Positions 62,498-64,000 of a stretch of DNA of 64,000 nucleotides are shown here, one piece after another. Position 1 is the first letter of the stretch. Each line of letters opens with the position of its first letter. This DNA comes from Thecamonas trahens ATCC 50062. Taxonomy: Eukaryota > Protista > Apusomonadida. The stretch spans positions 248,001 through 312,000 of the forward strand of contig NW_013657671.1 in NCBI RefSeq assembly GCF_000142905.1, given 5' to 3'. The notes below the pieces were generated by a model that saw only the letters and a program-made list of their open reading frames with translations, had not been told where the DNA came from and did not search any database. The translations under genes were made by a program, and so were the position numbers.

Positions 62498-64000
62498 ATG
62501 GTGGACTATGAGGAGCTCGGGCTCGGACACGACGACGACGGGCTGATGGAGGGCGAGGGCGACGACGAGCTGTACATTGACGACTCGTGGATGGTCATTT
62601 CCGAGTACTTTCGCAAAAAGTCGCTTGTCCGGCAGCAGCTCAACTCGTTTGACGAGTTCATCAAGAACACGATGCAGGAGCTGATCGACGACTCGCCGCC
62701 GATCGAGATCCAGGCGCGTAACCAGTACCAGACCGAGGTGGAAGTGGACACATCGACGAGCTACCGGCTTGCGTTTGAGCAGATTTTCATTTCTAAGCCG
62801 TCGATTGCCGAGCTGTCTGGCGGGCGGACGGCGGTGATGCCCAACGAGGCGCGGCTGCGGAACCTGACCTACCAAGCCTCGCTGTTTGTCAACGTCAAGT
62901 GCGTGACCGAGCGGCGGCAAGAGGTGGAGGATGAGGACGGCCAGCTTGTCATGGACTACCAGACCGCCGAGGCGCTGCGCGAAAAGGTGCCGTTTGGTGC
63001 CATGCCCATCATGCTGCGGTCCGAGTACTGTGCGCTCTCCAACCACTCAGACAAGGAGCTCCCGGATCTCGGTGAGTGTCCGTATGACAAGGGCGGGTAC
63101 TTTGTCATCAACGGGTCGGAAAAGGTGCTCATTGCACAGGAGAAGCAGAGCCAGAACTATGTGTACGTCTTTACGCACTCGTCGGGCAAGTTTTCGCACA
63201 CGTGCGAGATCCGGTCGTCGTGCGAGACCGGCGCGCGGCCGGTTTCGTCGCTCAAGCTCATGCTGCAGGCGCCGCCGACGACCAAGGCCAAGGCGAGCCA
63301 GCAGTGCATCCGGTGCGAGCTGCCGTACGTCCAGCAGGCCGTGCCGGCCATGCTTGTCTTCCAGGCGCTCGGCTTTGTGGCAGACCGCGAGATTTTGGAG
63401 CTCATCTGCTACGATCTTGTCGATGCCGAGATGCTCGAGATTATCAAGCCGTCGCTGGAGGAGGCGGCGGTCATTGCTGACCAGGACCTTGCGCTCGACT
63501 ACATTGCGCGGCGTGGGCGGACCAAGGTCAACTCGCGGCAGAAGCGCCTGCAGTACGCGCGCGATCTGCTGCAGAAGGAGATGCTCCCGCACGTGGGCGT
63601 CACCGACTTTTCCGAGCTCAAGAAGGCGTACTACCTCGGGTACATGATCAACAAAATGCTCCAGGTTGCGCTTGGCCGCCGCGAGCAGGACGACCGCGAC
63701 CACTACGGCAACAAGCGGATGGACCTTGCCGGCCCGCTCCTCACCTCGCTCTTCCGCGGCCTTGTCAAGCAGGTGTCCAAGGAGACCCGTGAGTACCTCA
63801 TGCTCGAGCTCGAGTCCTCGGGAGGCGCTCTCGAGCTCGACATGATCAAGCTTGCCGTCAAGCCGTCGATCATCGGCCAGCGCATGAAGTACTGCCTTGC
63901 AACCGGCAATTGGGGAACCCAAAAGATGGGCTCCATTGCCAAGGCCGGCGTCTCGCAGGTCCTCAACCGGCTCACCTTTGCCTCGTCGCTCTCGCACCTC
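62498..64000 (+). CDS. RPB2: RNA polymerase II second-largest subunit (5' partial, runs off window; absent from ORF track)
   Basis: Manual translation from ATG 62498: LVRQQLNSFDEF, PNEARLRNLTY, GECPYDKGGYFVINGSEKVLIAQE, DDRDHYGNKRMDLAGPLL, YCLATGNWG, KAGVSQVLNRLTFASSLSHL. Confidence 0.96.
   Translation, partial: MVDYEELGLGHDDDGLMEGEGDDELYIDDSWMVISEYFRKKSLVRQQLNSFDEFIKNTMQELIDDSPPIEIQARNQYQTEVEVDTSTSYRLAFEQIFISKPSIAELSGGRTAVMPNEARLRNLTYQASLFVNVKCVTERRQEVEDEDGQLVMDYQTAEALREKVPFGAMPIMLRSEYCALSNHSDKELPDLGECPYDKGGYFVINGSEKVLIAQEKQSQNYVYVFTHSSGKFSHTCEIRSSCETGARPVSSLKLMLQAPPTTKAKASQQCIRCELPYVQQAVPAMLVFQALGFVADREILELICYDLVDAEMLEIIKPSLEEAAVIADQDLALDYIARRGRTKVNSRQKRLQYARDLLQKEMLPHVGVTDFSELKKAYYLGYMINKMLQVALGRREQDDRDHYGNKRMDLAGPLLTSLFRGLVKQVSKETREYLMLELESSGGALELDMIKLAVKPSIIGQRMKYCLATGNWGTQKMGSIAKAGVSQVLNRLTFASSLSHL

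Noticed and set aside
62351-63997. Minus-strand ORFs of 231 and 316 aa
   Set aside because: Antisense shadows of RPB2, which the ORF track missed because it has no stop inside the window.

Overview
Gene-dense, GC-rich genomic DNA from a unicellular eukaryote. Few spliceosomal introns (GTACGT/GTATGT/GTAAGC donors, YAG acceptors, poly-G/poly-C interiors), very short intergenic spacers and six assembly gaps. The style suggests a protist such as the apusomonad Thecamonas; this is inference, not verified. About 32 protein-coding genes were found. Housekeeping genes: QCR2/UQCRC2, WDR12/YTM1, QNG1, Rab1-like, FCF1, TRAPPC1, a CDK-like kinase, CENP-S/MHF1, HscB, TauE, NSE1, a TBC Rab-GAP, G3BP-like, p47-like, GH38 mannosidase, SCCPDH and partial RPB2. 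The most notable content is a set of unusual domain fusions: (i) a CAP-Gly-formin, a candidate direct microtubule-actin linker; (ii) a ~2400-aa single-pass receptor with four bacterial-type extracellular modules, two LamG-like domains, CxxC repeats and a class III nucleotide cyclase lacking its first metal-binding Asp; (iii) a multi-pass membrane HECT E3 ligase; (iv) an FHA-Macro-HIT-ZnF aprataxin; (v) an F-box-Sec7-PH protein; (vi) a myristoylated ankyrin-metallophosphoesterase; (vii) a PNRC/Edc1-like decapping activator; (viii) a protein with a previously unrecognised IRSxxxGxT[TS]A repeat. Nine frameshifts away from gap edges each need one base inserted at a short homopolymer, most likely sequencing undercalls. 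No rRNA, tRNA, CRISPR array or recognisable mobile element was seen.
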